NCBI GenBank assembly: GCA_025656375.1
Contig: JAHXHU010000228.1
Location: 1-46,619 of the forward strand
Reading direction: 5' to 3'
From: Candidatus Thiodiazotropha sp. (ex Ustalcina ferruginea)
GTDB taxonomy: Bacteria; Pseudomonadota; Gammaproteobacteria; Chromatiales; Chromatiaceae
Length of the DNA stretch: 46,619 nt
Shown here: one piece after another, positions 1 to 11,369 of the stretch
How the letters are laid out: every line of letters starts with the position of its first letter
Position numbering within the stretch: position 1 is the first letter of the stretch
Position numbers and translations under genes: made by a program
Notes under the pieces: generated by a model
Seen by the model: the letters and a program-made list of their open reading frames with translations, nothing else
Database searches by the model: none
What the model was told of the DNA's origin: nothing

Positions 1-605
1 TCAATTTTTACGAGTGCAATGGCAAGCTCATTCTTATTGCGTATCGCAAAAGAGAGTTCTCGGCTTGTACACTCCATGAAGTGCGCTCTGTCAGCCACAT
101 TCTCTAAAAATTCTGACTGGGTCTCAACGTCATATGAAAGCTGGGATTCTTCTTCCTGCTGTGGACAGGCGAGTGCAGCTACGAAGGCCGTGATATTTGA
201 TGGGTCAAAGGGCTTGCTTATAATTTCATTTGCACCGAGCTGCTGTAGCTCTTGGCGTATCTCCGGGCTCTCTTCATTCCCTGTGACGACAACAAAGGGT
301 AGTTTAGCGAGAGACTCGTTGTCAGATGTTCTGATCTTGGCCAACAATCCCCTGCCATCGAGTTTAGGCATTGATAAATCACTGAAAATTATTGCCACTG
401 ATGGATTTTCCAGTAGGATCTCCCACGCCTGCTGACCATCCTCTGCTTCGAGCAGCTGACAATCGTCTTTCAGAATATTCTTCAGTGAAACTCTCACCAC
501 ACGGGAGTCATCCGCGATAAGCACGATTGGTTTACCATCGGTATGATGAGAAAAGCTGTGTAGTGCCTGTTCTGCCATTCCGTCTGATTCTTCTTGCTTG
601 AGCAT
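1..605 (-). CDS. Response regulator receiver (REC) protein with the start of a GGDEF-like domain; partial, runs off the window edge
   Basis: Absent from the ORF track (no stop in window). Manual translation from ATG at 605: MLKQEESDG...IVLIADDSRVVR...IIFSDLSMPKLDG...VVVTG...ISKPF (REC motifs), then HFMECTSRELSFAIRNKNELAIALVKI, resembling the GGDEF N-terminal helix and strand. Confidence 0.8.
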   Translation of the reverse strand, partial: MLKQEESDGMAEQALHSFSHHTDGKPIVLIADDSRVVRVSLKNILKDDCQLLEAEDGQQAWEILLENPSVAIIFSDLSMPKLDGRGLLAKIRTSDNESLAKLPFVVVTGNEESPEIRQELQQLGANEIISKPFDPSNITAFVAALACPQQEEESQLSYDVETQSEFLENVADRAHFMECTSRELSFAIRNKNELAIALVKI

Positions 606-1140
606 GGGTAATTCGGTCTACCTTTAGCTTCGACTGGTTAGAGAAAATCTTTAGGGAACAACTATTAAAGTAAATAATTAAAAGTATATGTAAATATTTG
701 TAAAATTTAAAAAATGATATTTATTCGATACCATTAGAATAAAAAAATGAGAGACACATCACTACTTTATTCCCAGGTTAATCATCGAATATCATTTACC
801 TGTCACTTTTCAGAGTCAGCGATGGTGGGTCTGGATATCATCCTGATAGCAACGAAACACCCATTCAGAAGGTTTGGAGCGGAAATCAATATTACTCTGT
901 TTCTATTATGCGATTCTGGAACAGAACCGAAAGATTTTATGATTAAAGCCATGAGTAATTCATGGTTGTCTGTTAGCCTTTACAAATGGCCGAATGGGTA
1001 CTTATTCGTCACCTAACAAGTGTGATCCTTGGCGCAAACTTGTCACTTAACCAGCTTGACCAGGAAAAGGGACTGAAGATTTTCCAGTACTTGGTCGCTA
1101 TGTACCTTGATCACTTCATCAAGAGCCAATTCAGGAATAG

Positions 1141-2049
1141 ATGTCAAAATCAGTCTTTTTTCTTTCGGAGGGTGCACCGGTTGACTCCGAGACCGAAGAA
1201 GAACGTGAACGAAAGCGACTAGAAGCCTCTACCACCAAGACTTTTGTCGATGCAGTTCGAGAAGACCTGCGTGCCAATAATATCTATCTGCCAACGCTGC
1301 CGGCTTTAGCACTGGAAGCGTTGGTGATCATTAATGATGTAGACAGTTCTGCCTCCGATCTGGAGAAGGTCATCTCACGTGATGCGGCACTTACCGCGAG
1401 GCTGATACGTTATGCTAACAGTCCCCTTTATCGAGGCTTAAATACGATCGCCTCGATTCGTCCAGCGATAACTCGAATTGGATTTCAACGTGTCAAAAAT
1501 GCTGTTTATGCAGTCTCTATGAAAGAGGTATTCCGCACCTCCGAAAAGGTGATAGAGAAACGAATGGACAAATTATGGACCCACTCAGTGAGAGTCGGTG
1601 CTCAGGCGGCAATGCTCGCCAAGGAACAACCGGGACTCGATCCTGATGTCGCGCTGGTGGCTGGTCTGGTGCATGATATCGGCCACATCCCATTACTTAT
1701 CAAAGCCTGTGAATACAAAGAGCTGATTTCAAATCCGGATTATCTGGACAAAGTGCTTCAAAAGCTACATCCCCAGCTCGGGGGCAGTATTCTGAAACTA
1801 TGGAAATTCGACCAGCATGTGATTGATGTGGCGGCCGAGCATGAAGATCTGGCTCGTGACCCTGGTGGTGCTCCAGTCGACTATGTTGATGTTGTGCAGG
1901 TGGCAAATATCACGGTCCATGAAGGATCTGAGCACCCACTGGCTACCGTTGACCGCTCCACCATCAAAGCTTTTTCCCGTCTCAAACAGTCCGGGGAGGA
2001 GAGTAGCTTGGATGAGGAGACAAAAAAGGTCGAAGACGCAATCTTTTAA
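1141..2049 (+). CDS. HDOD-domain protein
   Basis: [36 protein letters not shown] and AGLVHDIG are typical HDOD motifs. Confidence 0.9.
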   Translation: MSKSVFFLSEGAPVDSETEEERERKRLEASTTKTFVDAVREDLRANNIYLPTLPALALEALVIINDVDSSASDLEKVISRDAALTARLIRYANSPLYRGLNTIASIRPAITRIGFQRVKNAVYAVSMKEVFRTSEKVIEKRMDKLWTHSVRVGAQAAMLAKEQPGLDPDVALVAGLVHDIGHIPLLIKACEYKELISNPDYLDKVLQKLHPQLGGSILKLWKFDQHVIDVAAEHEDLARDPGGAPVDYVDVVQVANITVHEGSEHPLATVDRSTIKAFSRLKQSGEESSLDEETKKVEDAIF

Positions 2050-2654
2050 CCGGCTAAGACATTCACGTCTTCATTACGTAACATGCCAATCAGGCGTATC
2101 AGCGGTAGACCGATCAACGCATTTGGGTCCTCGCCTTCCAAACGTTCGAACAGAGAGATACCTAAACCTTCAGACTTGAATGAACCCGCGCAGTTATAGG
2201 GCTTCTCTTTCTTCAGGTAGTTTTCGATCTCCACCTTATCCAGTTGACGAAAGGTGACATGAAAAGGCTCGCAACAGACCTGAGTCTGTCCCGTCTTGCT
2301 ATTTAGTAGGCAAAGTCCGGTCAAAAAAATCACTTGCTTGCCCGATGTTTGCTGTAATTGTTCAACGGCCCTTTGGTGCGTTCCCGGTTTACCCAGAATA
2401 GAACCGTTCACTGTAGCAACCTGGTCTGAGCCGATGATAAGTGCTGCTGTATGGGTTTCCGCAACTGCCCGTGCCTTGCTCTCAGCTAGACGGGTAACAA
2501 GTTTCTCGGGTGACTCTTCCTGCTGATGGCGTTCATCTATATCTGGTGAAAGAGTACCGAACTCCAAACCCAGTCGACTCAGTAATTCCCTGCGGAAAGG
2601 GGAACTGGATGCCAGGATCAGTGGTAGATGTTGTGTGAAATGGGTGTATGGCAT
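2046..2654 (-). CDS. yceF: Maf-family nucleotide pyrophosphatase, YceF subtype
   Basis: [21 protein letters not shown] and [20 protein letters not shown] follow the YceF pattern; located near yceD. Confidence 0.92.
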   Translation of the reverse strand: MPYTHFTQHLPLILASSSPFRRELLSRLGLEFGTLSPDIDERHQQEESPEKLVTRLAESKARAVAETHTAALIIGSDQVATVNGSILGKPGTHQRAVEQLQQTSGKQVIFLTGLCLLNSKTGQTQVCCEPFHVTFRQLDKVEIENYLKKEKPYNCAGSFKSEGLGISLFERLEGEDPNALIGLPLIRLIGMLRNEDVNVLAG

Positions 2655-2909
2655 TATTCATCAAGGCTGCATAGGTGGAGTTGCGCCGCATATTAGCAAA
2701 AAGAGAGGTCTATTCATTAGTAGATATTGTGGGGGGGCTACCAATAATCATTAATTTATTCAATACTGACCATATATATTCTAAATAAAAACAGCGTTTT
2801 TATACTAAAAACAGAGTGATAGCTGATATTCAGATAACACTCTTTGCTTGACAAAGGGCACCAACCCAACGTAGAAAGGCAGAAATAATAACCGTGAGTT
2901 CAGATCTAT

Positions 2910-3173
2910 ATGTCAATAACAGACTTGCTTATGTCAGGTGTCAATCTCATGGGCATCGGAATGACGATTGTATTCACCTTCCTGCTGATGCTTGTCTTTG
3001 CCATGAAAGGCATGTCGAAGTTGGCATTGTTCGTTTCTGAGCGACAGGGAGTCTCTGAGACGTTATCATCACATCCTTTGATTACTGGACAGGGCCAGCA
3101 GGCAGGAATGCGGGGTGATTTGGTTGCCGTCATTACGGCTGCAATCAATAGCTATCGCACTACCCACCGATAG
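2910..3173 (+). CDS. oadG: Oxaloacetate decarboxylase gamma subunit
   Basis: 87 aa, one TM segment (LMGIGMTIVFTFLLML), C-terminal VAVITAAI..YR; directly upstream of oadA. Confidence 0.9.
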   Translation: MSITDLLMSGVNLMGIGMTIVFTFLLMLVFAMKGMSKLALFVSERQGVSETLSSHPLITGQGQQAGMRGDLVAVITAAINSYRTTHR

Positions 3174-3248
3174 ATCTGTTAAAGTTTTCACTCTTTTTTT
3201 AAATAAACAACTTAACCAGGCTGTTTACCTATCAACGGCGGCTAGCTT

Positions 3249-5042
3249 ATGAGCGAAAAGAAACCACTTGGAATCACTGATGTTGTACTGCGTGACGCCC
3301 ATCAGTCCCTGTTTGCAACCAGAATGCGTATCGACGATATGCTGCCAATTGCTGAAAAGCTGGATAATGTCGGCTTTTGGTCATTGGAGACTTGGGGAGG
3401 CGCTACCTTTGACGCCTGCATACGCTTTCTTGGTGAAGACCCTTGGGAGCGCATACGCATCCTAAAGGCAGCCATGCCTAAAACGCCCATGCAGATGCTT
3501 TTTCGCGGTCAGAATATTCTTGGGTATCGACACTATGCTGATGATGTGGTCGATAAGTTTGTCGAGAGAGCAGCCACCAATGGGGTGGATGTATTCCGAA
3601 TCTTCGACGCCATGAATGATCTGCGTAATCTTGAGACAGCGATCAAGGCTACGCTGAAGGTGGACAAGCATGCACAGGGGACTATGTCATATACCGTCAG
3701 TCCTGTGCATAACTTGGATTATTGGCTCGATATGTGTAAGCGCATGGAAGAGATGGGCTGCCACTCTATCTGCATCAAGGATATGGCGGGTCTACTGAAT
3801 CCCTATCTCGGCTATGAGTTGGTGACCCGTCTGAAGGAGACTATCTCCATCCCGATCGCTATGCAGAGCCATGCCACGACCGGCATGAGCACTGCGACCA
3901 ATATCAAGGTGGCTGAAGCAGGCATCGATATGGTTGATACTTCCATCTCATCGATGAGCATGACCTATGGTCACTCGGCTACTGAATCTGTGGTTGCAAT
4001 ATTGAAGGAGAGTGATCGTGATACCGGGCTTGATCTCAATCTATTGGAAGAGATAGCCGGTTATTTTCGTGAAGTACGGAAAAAATATGCCAAATTTGAG
4101 GGTTCGCTAAAGGGTGTTGATTCCCGCATCCTGGTGGCACAAGTACCTGGTGGCATGCTGACCAATATGGAAAATCAGCTGAGGGAGCAGGGTGCAAGTG
4201 ATAAATTGGATGAAGTTCTCGAAGAAATTCCCAAGGTACGGAAGGATCTGGGTTACATTCCACTTGTTACCCCGACCTCGCAGATAGTCGGTACCCAGGC
4301 AGTCATCAATGTCTTGATGGGCGAGCGCTACAAGACCATTGCCAAAGAGACGGAAGGCGTTCTGAAAGGTGAGTATGGTGCTACGCCGGCCCCAGTAAAC
4401 AGTGAACTCCAGGCTAAAGTGCTCGAACCAGGAGCGGAACCTGTTACTTGTCGTCCTGCTGATCTGCTCGATGATGAAATGGATAACCTCACTGCAGAGT
4501 TCCATGGACTGGTCGAAGAGCATGGTATTAAAGTGGCTGCAGATGAGGTCGACGATGTTCTAATCTACGCACTCTTTCCGCAAGTGGGCCTTAAATTCCT
4601 CAAAAACCGAGACAATCCTGACGCATTTGAGCCGGTTCCAGGGATTAAGCAGGCGGCTCCTGCCCAAACGCAAGCGCCTGCTACAACAGTCAGCAGCGGA
4701 CCAGAGTCCTATCAGGTTGAGGTCAATGGAGTCACATACAACGTTAAAGTCTCTCCTACCGGCGCTGTGACTGATGTTGCTCAAACATCAACACCAGCCG
4801 CTGAAACAGCTGTTGCGTCGAGTGGCGGCGGGGCAACAGTAGCTGCCCCATTATCCGGTAATATCCATGCTATCAAGGTGGCGGTCGGAGATCTGGTGCC
4901 TGCGGGTGATGTTGTGATGGTGCTCGAAGCGATGAAAATGGAGACAGAAGTGCGTGCTAGTTCAGGGGGAACAGTAGCCCAGGTACTAGTGAAAGAGGGC
5001 GAAACTGTTCAGGTCGGATCACCCCTGTTGAGCTTTTCCTGA
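3249..5042 (+). CDS. oadA: Na+-translocating oxaloacetate decarboxylase alpha subunit
   Basis: [31 protein letters not shown], Ala/Pro linker and the biotinyl motif EAMKM. Confidence 0.97.
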   Translation: MSEKKPLGITDVVLRDAHQSLFATRMRIDDMLPIAEKLDNVGFWSLETWGGATFDACIRFLGEDPWERIRILKAAMPKTPMQMLFRGQNILGYRHYADDVVDKFVERAATNGVDVFRIFDAMNDLRNLETAIKATLKVDKHAQGTMSYTVSPVHNLDYWLDMCKRMEEMGCHSICIKDMAGLLNPYLGYELVTRLKETISIPIAMQSHATTGMSTATNIKVAEAGIDMVDTSISSMSMTYGHSATESVVAILKESDRDTGLDLNLLEEIAGYFREVRKKYAKFEGSLKGVDSRILVAQVPGGMLTNMENQLREQGASDKLDEVLEEIPKVRKDLGYIPLVTPTSQIVGTQAVINVLMGERYKTIAKETEGVLKGEYGATPAPVNSELQAKVLEPGAEPVTCRPADLLDDEMDNLTAEFHGLVEEHGIKVAADEVDDVLIYALFPQVGLKFLKNRDNPDAFEPVPGIKQAAPAQTQAPATTVSSGPESYQVEVNGVTYNVKVSPTGAVTDVAQTSTPAAETAVASSGGGATVAAPLSGNIHAIKVAVGDLVPAGDVVMVLEAMKMETEVRASSGGTVAQVLVKEGETVQVGSPLLSFS

Positions 5043-5101
5043 TATGAACCCCTGCACCACCAATAGCGCACCCCTCACGGTGTTTAACTGAGGATTTTCG
5101 G

Positions 5102-6241
5102 ATGATTGAAATTGGCTTTGAACCACTATGGCAGTCCACAGGAATAGCCAATCTGGAATGGGGTCAGGTGCTGATGATGGGTGTCGGCTCGCTATTGATC
5201 TATCTTGCGATCGTCAAAAAATTCGAACCATTACTACTGGTACCCATCGGTTTTGGTGCAATTCTCAGTAACATTCCACTGGCAGATATCAGTGGCAGTG
5301 AGGGCTTGTTAGGCTATATCTATCATGTCGGCATAGAAACCGGTGTATTTCCACTGCTGATCTTCATGGGGGTTGGAGCGCTGACAGATTTTGGTGCTCT
5401 TATTGCCATGCCATGGACCCTGCTTCTGGGTGCTGCTGCGCAATTTGGCATATTTGTCACCCTGATGGGAGCATTGGCACTCAATTTTATACCCGGCTTC
5501 GATTTTTCATTGGCGGATGCCTCTGCGATTGCGATCATTGGTGGCGCTGATGGTCCGACAGCTATCTTCCTGGCTTCAAGGCTGTCCCCTGATTTACTGG
5601 GCGCTATTGCGGTTGCAGCTTACTCATACATGGCCTTGGTACCGATTATCCAACCACCGATCATGCGATTGTTGACCACCGAAACCGAGCGGAATGTGGT
5701 GATGCAGCAATTACGGCATGTCACCAAGTTGGAAAAGATCCTGTTTCCGTTTGCGGTACTTCTACTATGCGCGATTTTTCTCCCATCGGCTGCGCCATTG
5801 ATCGGTATGCTTACCTTTGGCAATTTGTTGAGAGAGTGCGGCGTTGTCGAGCGCTTGAGTCATGCATCCCAGAACGAGATTATCAACATTGTAACGATCT
5901 TTTTGGGACTGGCTGTCGGTTCAAAGCTTTCAGCAGATAAGTTCCTCACCGTAGAAACTTTGGGTATCTTAGCATTAGGTGCATTTGCTTTCTGTATTGG
6001 AACAGCGACTGGCATCATTATGGGCAAAATCATGTATCGGGTCACCGGAGGCAAGGTTAACCCCTTAATTGGGGCTGCGGGCGTCTCTGCAGTCCCGATG
6101 GCGGCCCGGGTGGTCAATAAGGTTGGCCTTGAAACCAATCACCATAATTTCTTACTCATGCATGCCATGGGGCCCAATGTGGCAGGTGTTATCGGATCCG
6201 CAGTAGCCGCCGGCATCCTGCTTGCCTTAGTCGGTGGCTAA
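5102..6241 (+). CDS. oadB: Oxaloacetate decarboxylase beta subunit
   Basis: [31 protein letters not shown] and [13 protein letters not shown]. Confidence 0.97.
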   Translation: MIEIGFEPLWQSTGIANLEWGQVLMMGVGSLLIYLAIVKKFEPLLLVPIGFGAILSNIPLADISGSEGLLGYIYHVGIETGVFPLLIFMGVGALTDFGALIAMPWTLLLGAAAQFGIFVTLMGALALNFIPGFDFSLADASAIAIIGGADGPTAIFLASRLSPDLLGAIAVAAYSYMALVPIIQPPIMRLLTTETERNVVMQQLRHVTKLEKILFPFAVLLLCAIFLPSAAPLIGMLTFGNLLRECGVVERLSHASQNEIINIVTIFLGLAVGSKLSADKFLTVETLGILALGAFAFCIGTATGIIMGKIMYRVTGGKVNPLIGAAGVSAVPMAARVVNKVGLETNHHNFLLMHAMGPNVAGVIGSAVAAGILLALVGG

Positions 6242-6264
6242 TTCCGGTATAGGGCACTACACGC

Positions 6265-6295
6265 GTGCATCCATGTCATTTTGACATGGATGCAC
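6265..6295. repeat. Perfect 14-bp inverted repeat with a 3-nt loop
   Basis: GTGCATCCATGTCA-TTT-TGACATGGATGCAC, read directly from the sequence. Confidence 0.9.
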
Positions 6296-6310
6296 TACTC
6301 ATAATATGAT
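6281..6310 (+). promoter_or_regulatory. Putative sigma70 promoter of yceD-rpmF
   Basis: TTGACA (6281-6286), 18 nt spacer, TATGAT (6305-6310), 9 nt before the yceD ATG. Confidence 0.6.
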
Positions 6311-6319
6311 TGCCCGCTT

Positions 6320-6845
6320 ATGTCGAAGCGCTTTCCAGATCAATTGGATCCATGGCGTTGTGCTGATCTCGGTAAAGCGTTCAGCGGCCAACTGCCTTTG
6401 GATGCCTTGTTAAGGCTGAGCGCATGCTTGCTGAAGCCTGCTGGAGTGGTCAATTTCGAGTTGATTTTCAGCCGTGACCCGCAACGGCGGGCGATACTCA
6501 GCGGTTGGCTTAAGACGGCGTTGTCACTTCAGTGTCAGCGGTGTCTTGAAGAGGTGATTCTGCCGATCGATATCCGCCTGTCTCAGGTTTTCGTCCGAGG
6601 ATTGGATGAGGCTGGACTGCTGCCCGAATCGCTGGATCCTTGTCTGGTTGAAGAGGAGCAGGTGACCTTTACGGATTTGATTGAAGATGAGCTTCTTCTG
6701 GCATTGCCTCAAGTGGCTATATGACTCAGGGATCTGTCCTGCTCCCCTATTGGCAACGACCGACGAGATGCCGATGGAGAGTAGCGAGCAAGAGCGAGAA
6801 AACCCGTTTGCAATTCTAGCTGAACTCAAACGAGATAAGCATTAA
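6320..6845 (+). pseudogene. yceD: YceD (DUF177) family protein, frameshifted near 6720 (real lesion or sequencing error)
   Basis: ORF 6320-6724 has CQRCL and LIEDELLLALPQV. The conserved tail DSGICP...ENPFAILAELK continues in another frame to TAA at 6843-6845. Confidence 0.85.
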
Positions 6846-6880
6846 TTTGGTTAACGTAAAAAATATTCAGGAGATCAGCC

Positions 6881-7060
6881 ATGGCTGTTCAAAAAAGCAG
6901 AAAGACTCCCTCCAGACGTGGCATGCGTCGCGCCCACGATGCCCTGACGAATGAGACACTCTCAATCGATTCCACATCAGGTGAAACGCATCTGCGCCAC
7001 AACGTATCTGCAGATGGCTTCTATAAAGGTCGCAAGGTAGTTAATACCAAGGGCGAGTGA
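6881..7060 (+). CDS. rpmF: 50S ribosomal protein bL32
   Basis: Below the ORF-track cutoff. Translates to [22 protein letters not shown]...[26 protein letters not shown]; AGGAG upstream. Confidence 0.97.
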   Translation: MAVQKSRKTPSRRGMRRAHDALTNETLSIDSTSGETHLRHNVSADGFYKGRKVVNTKGE

Positions 7061-7082
7061 TCTCCCGACCCTCCTTTTTTTC

Positions 7083-7132
7083 TATATGAAAACCCGTACA
7101 GGATATGCTCCTTTGACGGGTTCTTTCATATA
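7083..7132. other. Long imperfect hairpin between rpmF and plsX
   Basis: TATATGAA-AACCCGT-AC-AGGA pairs with TCCT-TTG-ACGGGTT-CT-TTCATATA. Confidence 0.55.
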
Positions 7133-7150
7133 TGGGCGATTCAATAACGC

Positions 7151-8173
7151 ATGAGCAAGCCAGTTACAATCTCTTTGGATGCTATGGGAGGGGATATCGG
7201 TGCGGATGTCGTCATACCTGCCGCTCTGGAATACCTCAGATGGGACAAGGAGACCGTGCTGGTCTTGGTAGGCGATCAGGATAAGATAAAGAAAAAGCTA
7301 GGGCCTCACCCGTTTGGTGAGCGACTACGCATTAAACATGCGTCTGAAACAGTTGCCATGGATGAGTTACCCTCTAGGGCACTACGAAATAAGAAAGACT
7401 CATCCATGCGGGTCGCTATCAATCTGGTCAAGTCTGGTGAGGCCAGTGCCTGTGTAAGTGCAGGCAATACAGGTGCCTTGATGGCGACATCGCGTTTTGT
7501 GTTGAAGATGCTGCCGAATATCGACCGACCTGCAATCATTACTGCTTTGCCAACGATTAAGGGTCAGACCTTTATGTTAGATCTTGGCGCAAATGTGGAT
7601 TGCAGCGCCGAGCATCTATTCCAGTTTGCGGTCATGGGTAGTGAGACCGTTGCTGCGGTAACGGACATCACTAACCCTACAATTGGATTGTTGAATATCG
7701 GCCAGGAGGAGATCAAGGGTAACGAGCAGGTCAAAGGTGCCCATGAACTGCTTATACAGAGCTCACTCAACTACGTAGGCTATGTGGAAGGTGATGACAT
7801 CTACCAGGGAGGCACTGATGTCGTTGTCTCGGATGGTTTTGTCGGCAATATCGCCCTCAAGAGCAGTGAAGGTGTTGCGAAGATGATTAGCCACTTCATC
7901 AAGTTGGAATTTACGAAAAATCCACTTACAAAATTAGCAGGATTGCTTTCTATGCCAGTGTTACAGGCTTTTCGTAAACGTATCGATCACAGGCGTTACA
8001 ACGGTGCCAGCCTGCTAGGGCTGCGTGGGATCGTGATCAAAAGTCATGGTGGTGCTGATAAATTGGCTTTTATGAATGCCATCAGTATCGCACGTAAAGA
8101 GGTTTCGAGTGATGTCCCGCGGCGTATTGCAGAGCAGGTCAAAACTCATATGGAAAAAAAGGAAATCGCGTGA
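7151..8173 (+). CDS. plsX: Phosphate acyltransferase
   Basis: [30 protein letters not shown] and KSHG; synteny. Confidence 0.97.
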   Translation: MSKPVTISLDAMGGDIGADVVIPAALEYLRWDKETVLVLVGDQDKIKKKLGPHPFGERLRIKHASETVAMDELPSRALRNKKDSSMRVAINLVKSGEASACVSAGNTGALMATSRFVLKMLPNIDRPAIITALPTIKGQTFMLDLGANVDCSAEHLFQFAVMGSETVAAVTDITNPTIGLLNIGQEEIKGNEQVKGAHELLIQSSLNYVGYVEGDDIYQGGTDVVVSDGFVGNIALKSSEGVAKMISHFIKLEFTKNPLTKLAGLLSMPVLQAFRKRIDHRRYNGASLLGLRGIVIKSHGGADKLAFMNAISIARKEVSSDVPRRIAEQVKTHMEKKEIA

Positions 8174-9138
8174 TCTACTCGCGTATTACAGGTACAGGTG
8201 GCTATCTGCCTGAAAAAATACTGACCAACAAAGATCTGGAAAAAATCGTCGATACCACTGATCAGTGGATTTTCGAGCGTACCGGTATCCGCAAACGTCA
8301 CATTGCAGAAGAGGGTGAATATACCTGTGATTTGGCAGAAAAGGCTGCCCGCAATGCAATTGATATGGCTGCCCTTAAACCGAGCGATATCGATCTGATC
8401 GTTGTAGCTACGACCACAGCTGATCAGGTATTCCCCAGTACCGCTTGTTTGTTGCAGGCGCAACTTGGTATTCGTGGTCCAGCCGCGTTCGATATCCAGG
8501 CTGTTTGTACAGGTTTCGTGTACGCTCTTGGCGTAGCCGATAAATTTGTCCGTACCGGGTCATCCAAGCGGGCTCTGGTGGTGGGTGCTGAAACCTTCTC
8601 CCGTATCCTTGACTGGAATGACCGAAACACCTGTGTGTTATTTGGTGATGGTGCGGGTGCTGTTGTCATCGAGGCCAGTGATGAACCGGGTATCATCTCA
8701 ACACATCTGCATGCGGATGGTGCCTATGAGAGCCTGTTGCGTGTACCGTCCGGTATCTCACGGGGTTATAGTGAGCTACAGCAGGGATCGGCTTATGTGG
8801 AGATGCGGGGCCATGAGGTTTTCAAGGTTGCTGTGACTACCTTAGGTCGTATCGTCGACGAGACATTGGCCGCAAATGGCATGGAAAAATCTGATATCGA
8901 TTGGCTGATTCCCCATCAGGCCAATATCAGAATCATCAATGCCACAGCGAAAAAATTACAAACCCCTATGGATCGGGTTGTTGTGACTGTTGATGAGCAT
9001 GGAAACACGTCAGCGGCATCTGTTCCTTTAGCTCTGGATGTGGCAGTTAGAGACGGCCGAATCAAACAGGGTGAGACCATCCTTATGGAGGCTTTTGGTG
9101 GCGGGTTCACCTGGGGCTCCGTGCTGGCAAAATTCTAA
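8170..9138 (+). CDS. fabH: Beta-ketoacyl-ACP synthase III
   Basis: [21 protein letters not shown] and GNTSAAS. Confidence 0.97.
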   Translation: MIYSRITGTGGYLPEKILTNKDLEKIVDTTDQWIFERTGIRKRHIAEEGEYTCDLAEKAARNAIDMAALKPSDIDLIVVATTTADQVFPSTACLLQAQLGIRGPAAFDIQAVCTGFVYALGVADKFVRTGSSKRALVVGAETFSRILDWNDRNTCVLFGDGAGAVVIEASDEPGIISTHLHADGAYESLLRVPSGISRGYSELQQGSAYVEMRGHEVFKVAVTTLGRIVDETLAANGMEKSDIDWLIPHQANIRIINATAKKLQTPMDRVVVTVDEHGNTSAASVPLALDVAVRDGRIKQGETILMEAFGGGFTWGSVLAKF

Positions 9139-9156
9139 TCTTGTGGCGGCTAGCGT

Positions 9157-10098
9157 ATGAGTAACTCTTCATTCAGTATTGTCTTTCCAGGACAAGGCTC
9201 TCAATCCATCGGCATGCTGAGCACACTTGCAGAGGCCCATCCTGTTATAAGTCAGACCTTCACTGAGGCAGCTGATACGTTGGGTTATGATCTTTGGAGC
9301 CTGATCCAAAACGGCCCGGTAGAGGCATTGAATCAAACCACAAAGACCCAGCCTGCCATGCTTGCTGTCGGTGTATCCGTGTGGCGTGTCTGGCAGGAAC
9401 AGGGTGGTGCCGAGCCTATGCTCATGGCAGGCCATAGCCTGGGTGAATATTCGGCACTGGTTTGTGCAGGGGCAATCGAATTCACCGATGCTGTAAAACT
9501 TGTCTCTGAGCGTGGACGCTTTATGCAGGAGGCAGTACAGGAAGGTAGTGGCGGTATGGCGGCCATCCTCGGACTTGATGATGATAAGGTAGAAGAGGTC
9601 TGTGCCTCTGCTGCCTCTGGTGAAGTTGTCGAAGCAGTCAATTTTAACTCACCGGGTCAAGTTGTTATTGCCGGTGATAAGCGTGCAGTTGATCGTGCCT
9701 GTGAACTTGCCAAGGTTGCGGGTGCTAAGCGAGCCCTGCCTTTACCCGTCAGTGTGCCTTCTCACTGCGCACTGATGAAACCAGCCGCAGAACGTTTGCA
9801 AGAGCAACTTAGCGCTATTTCCTTTTCCTCTCCATCCATCCCCGTTTTACACAATGTCAATGTGGAGCAGGCAAGTGATGTCGGGTCTATTCGTGAACTC
9901 CTCACTGCACAGCTGTATAGTCCGGTACGTTGGGCTGAAACGGTACAAAAGATGGCAACGTTAGGGTGTACAAGTTTGTTGGAAGCAGGCCCGGGTAAAG
10001 TGCTTGCCGGTTTAACCAAGAGAATCAACCGTGGCCTCACAGGGATGCCGATATTCGATACAAAAAGCCTGAATCATGCTTTGGAGACAATGAGATGA
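9157..10098 (+). CDS. fabD: Malonyl-CoA:ACP transacylase
   Basis: FPGQGSQ, GHSLGEY and VSVPSHC. Confidence 0.97.
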   Translation: MSNSSFSIVFPGQGSQSIGMLSTLAEAHPVISQTFTEAADTLGYDLWSLIQNGPVEALNQTTKTQPAMLAVGVSVWRVWQEQGGAEPMLMAGHSLGEYSALVCAGAIEFTDAVKLVSERGRFMQEAVQEGSGGMAAILGLDDDKVEEVCASAASGEVVEAVNFNSPGQVVIAGDKRAVDRACELAKVAGAKRALPLPVSVPSHCALMKPAAERLQEQLSAISFSSPSIPVLHNVNVEQASDVGSIRELLTAQLYSPVRWAETVQKMATLGCTSLLEAGPGKVLAGLTKRINRGLTGMPIFDTKSLNHALETMR

Positions 10099-10838
10099 GC
10101 CTGGAAAATGAGATCGCCCTGGTTACCGGAGCCAGTCGTGGGATAGGTGCTGCCATTGCTGATGCGCTGGCTGAGGCGGGTGCAACCGTGATTGGGACTG
10201 CGACCTCAGAAAAGGGGGCGCAAGCGATCACTGAGCGGATGCAGGCATCAGGCTATAAAGGCAGTGGTATGGTATTGGATGTTGCTGAAAGTGGCTCAAT
10301 CGATGCCCTCATCGGGACACTTTCCAAAGATTTTGGCAATCTGACCATCTTAGTCAACAACGCAGGGATTACCCGGGATAATCTTCTGATGCGTATGAAG
10401 GATGATGAGTGGGAGACTATTATCAATACAAACTTATCATCTGTCTTTCGACTCAGTAAGGCGGTACTACGTGGCATGATGAAGGCGCGTAAAGGACGTA
10501 TCATCAATATCTCGTCGGTAGTGGGTGCGATGGGGAATGCAGGGCAGACCAACTATGCTGCCGCCAAGGCCGGTATTCATGGCTTTACGCGTTCGTTGGC
10601 CCGAGAGGTGGGTTCAAGAGGCATCACTGTTAATTCTGTCGCGCCTGGCTTTATCGAGACAGATATGACAAATGAGCTTCCCGAGGCGCAACGCAAGAGT
10701 CTTGAGCAAAGTATTCCATTGCAGAAATTGGGTTTACCGGATGATATTGCCAATGCTGTCCTGTTCCTTGCGGGGCAAACTGGACGCTACATTACCGGTG
10801 AGACACTCCATGTTAATGGCGGAATGTACATGAGTTGA
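10095..10838 (+). CDS. fabG: 3-oxoacyl-ACP reductase
   Basis: TGASRGIG, NNAGITRD and YAAAK. Confidence 0.97.
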   Translation: MSLENEIALVTGASRGIGAAIADALAEAGATVIGTATSEKGAQAITERMQASGYKGSGMVLDVAESGSIDALIGTLSKDFGNLTILVNNAGITRDNLLMRMKDDEWETIINTNLSSVFRLSKAVLRGMMKARKGRIINISSVVGAMGNAGQTNYAAAKAGIHGFTRSLAREVGSRGITVNSVAPGFIETDMTNELPEAQRKSLEQSIPLQKLGLPDDIANAVLFLAGQTGRYITGETLHVNGGMYMS

Positions 10839-11033
10839 TGTGTAGAGTATGTGATGTTTTGTAATAAATTACATTAATTATACTCAATAAGATAATGTTA
10901 TATAATGATTTAATACAGATTACGCAGTGTGGGACTCATCTGAGGATTGCGCTTTTCTCGAGTGTTTTTTGTTACTACAATACCGCATCGGTCCTTTTCG
11001 AGGCCGACGGTTAATTCAGAGGATATTAATAAC

Positions 11034-11267
11034 ATGAGCGATGTCGTAGAACGAGTTCGTAAAATTGTCGTAGAACAACTGGGCGTTAAAGATGAAGAAG
11101 TGACTCTCGAAGCATCCTTCGTTGATGATCTTGGCGCAGACTCTCTCGACACAGTGGAGCTGGTGATGGCCCTCGAAGAGGAATTCGAAACTGAGATTCC
11201 TGACGAAGAGGCTGAAAAGATTACAACTGTGCAGTTGGCTGTCAATTACATCAACGCACACAGTTAA
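11034..11267 (+). CDS. acpP: Acyl carrier protein
   Basis: [14 protein letters not shown]. Start moved to ATG 11034 (GAGGA upstream) rather than the track start at 10947. Confidence 0.97.
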   Translation: MSDVVERVRKIVVEQLGVKDEEVTLEASFVDDLGADSLDTVELVMALEEEFETEIPDEEAEKITTVQLAVNYINAHS

Positions 11268-11292
11268 TCCGTACGCTAAGTTTTATATTTTC

Positions 11293-11335
11293 AGGCCGCC
11301 AAGCTCTGCGGAATGGGACTCGGCCTTTTGCTTTT
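11293..11335 (+). terminator. Possible intrinsic terminator after acpP
   Basis: AGGCCG...CGGCCT followed by TTTGCTTTT; the loop is large, so uncertain. Confidence 0.4.
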
Positions 11336-11369
11336 CAGCAACACCACTGAAATTTGGGGGTAGTCTTAC

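Noticed and set aside
19-435. 138-aa + strand ORF
   Set aside because: Antisense shadow of the REC gene on the - strand.
606-1140. Possible c-di-GMP riboswitch or sigma54 promoter
   Set aside because: No GEMM consensus could be assembled; TGGCGC at 1030 lacks GC at the -12 spacing.
747-1222. 89-aa and 78-aa ORFs in the spacer
   Set aside because: No recognisable motifs or RBS; the second overlaps the HDOD gene out of frame.
2655-2909. Possible Na+ riboswitch or phase-variable G7 tract upstream of oadG
   Set aside because: Only short imperfect palindromes are visible, with no consensus I can verify; a G7 run alone is weak evidence.
6722-6724. TGA readthrough or selenocysteine in yceD
   Set aside because: The conserved tail is in a different frame, so readthrough would not restore it.
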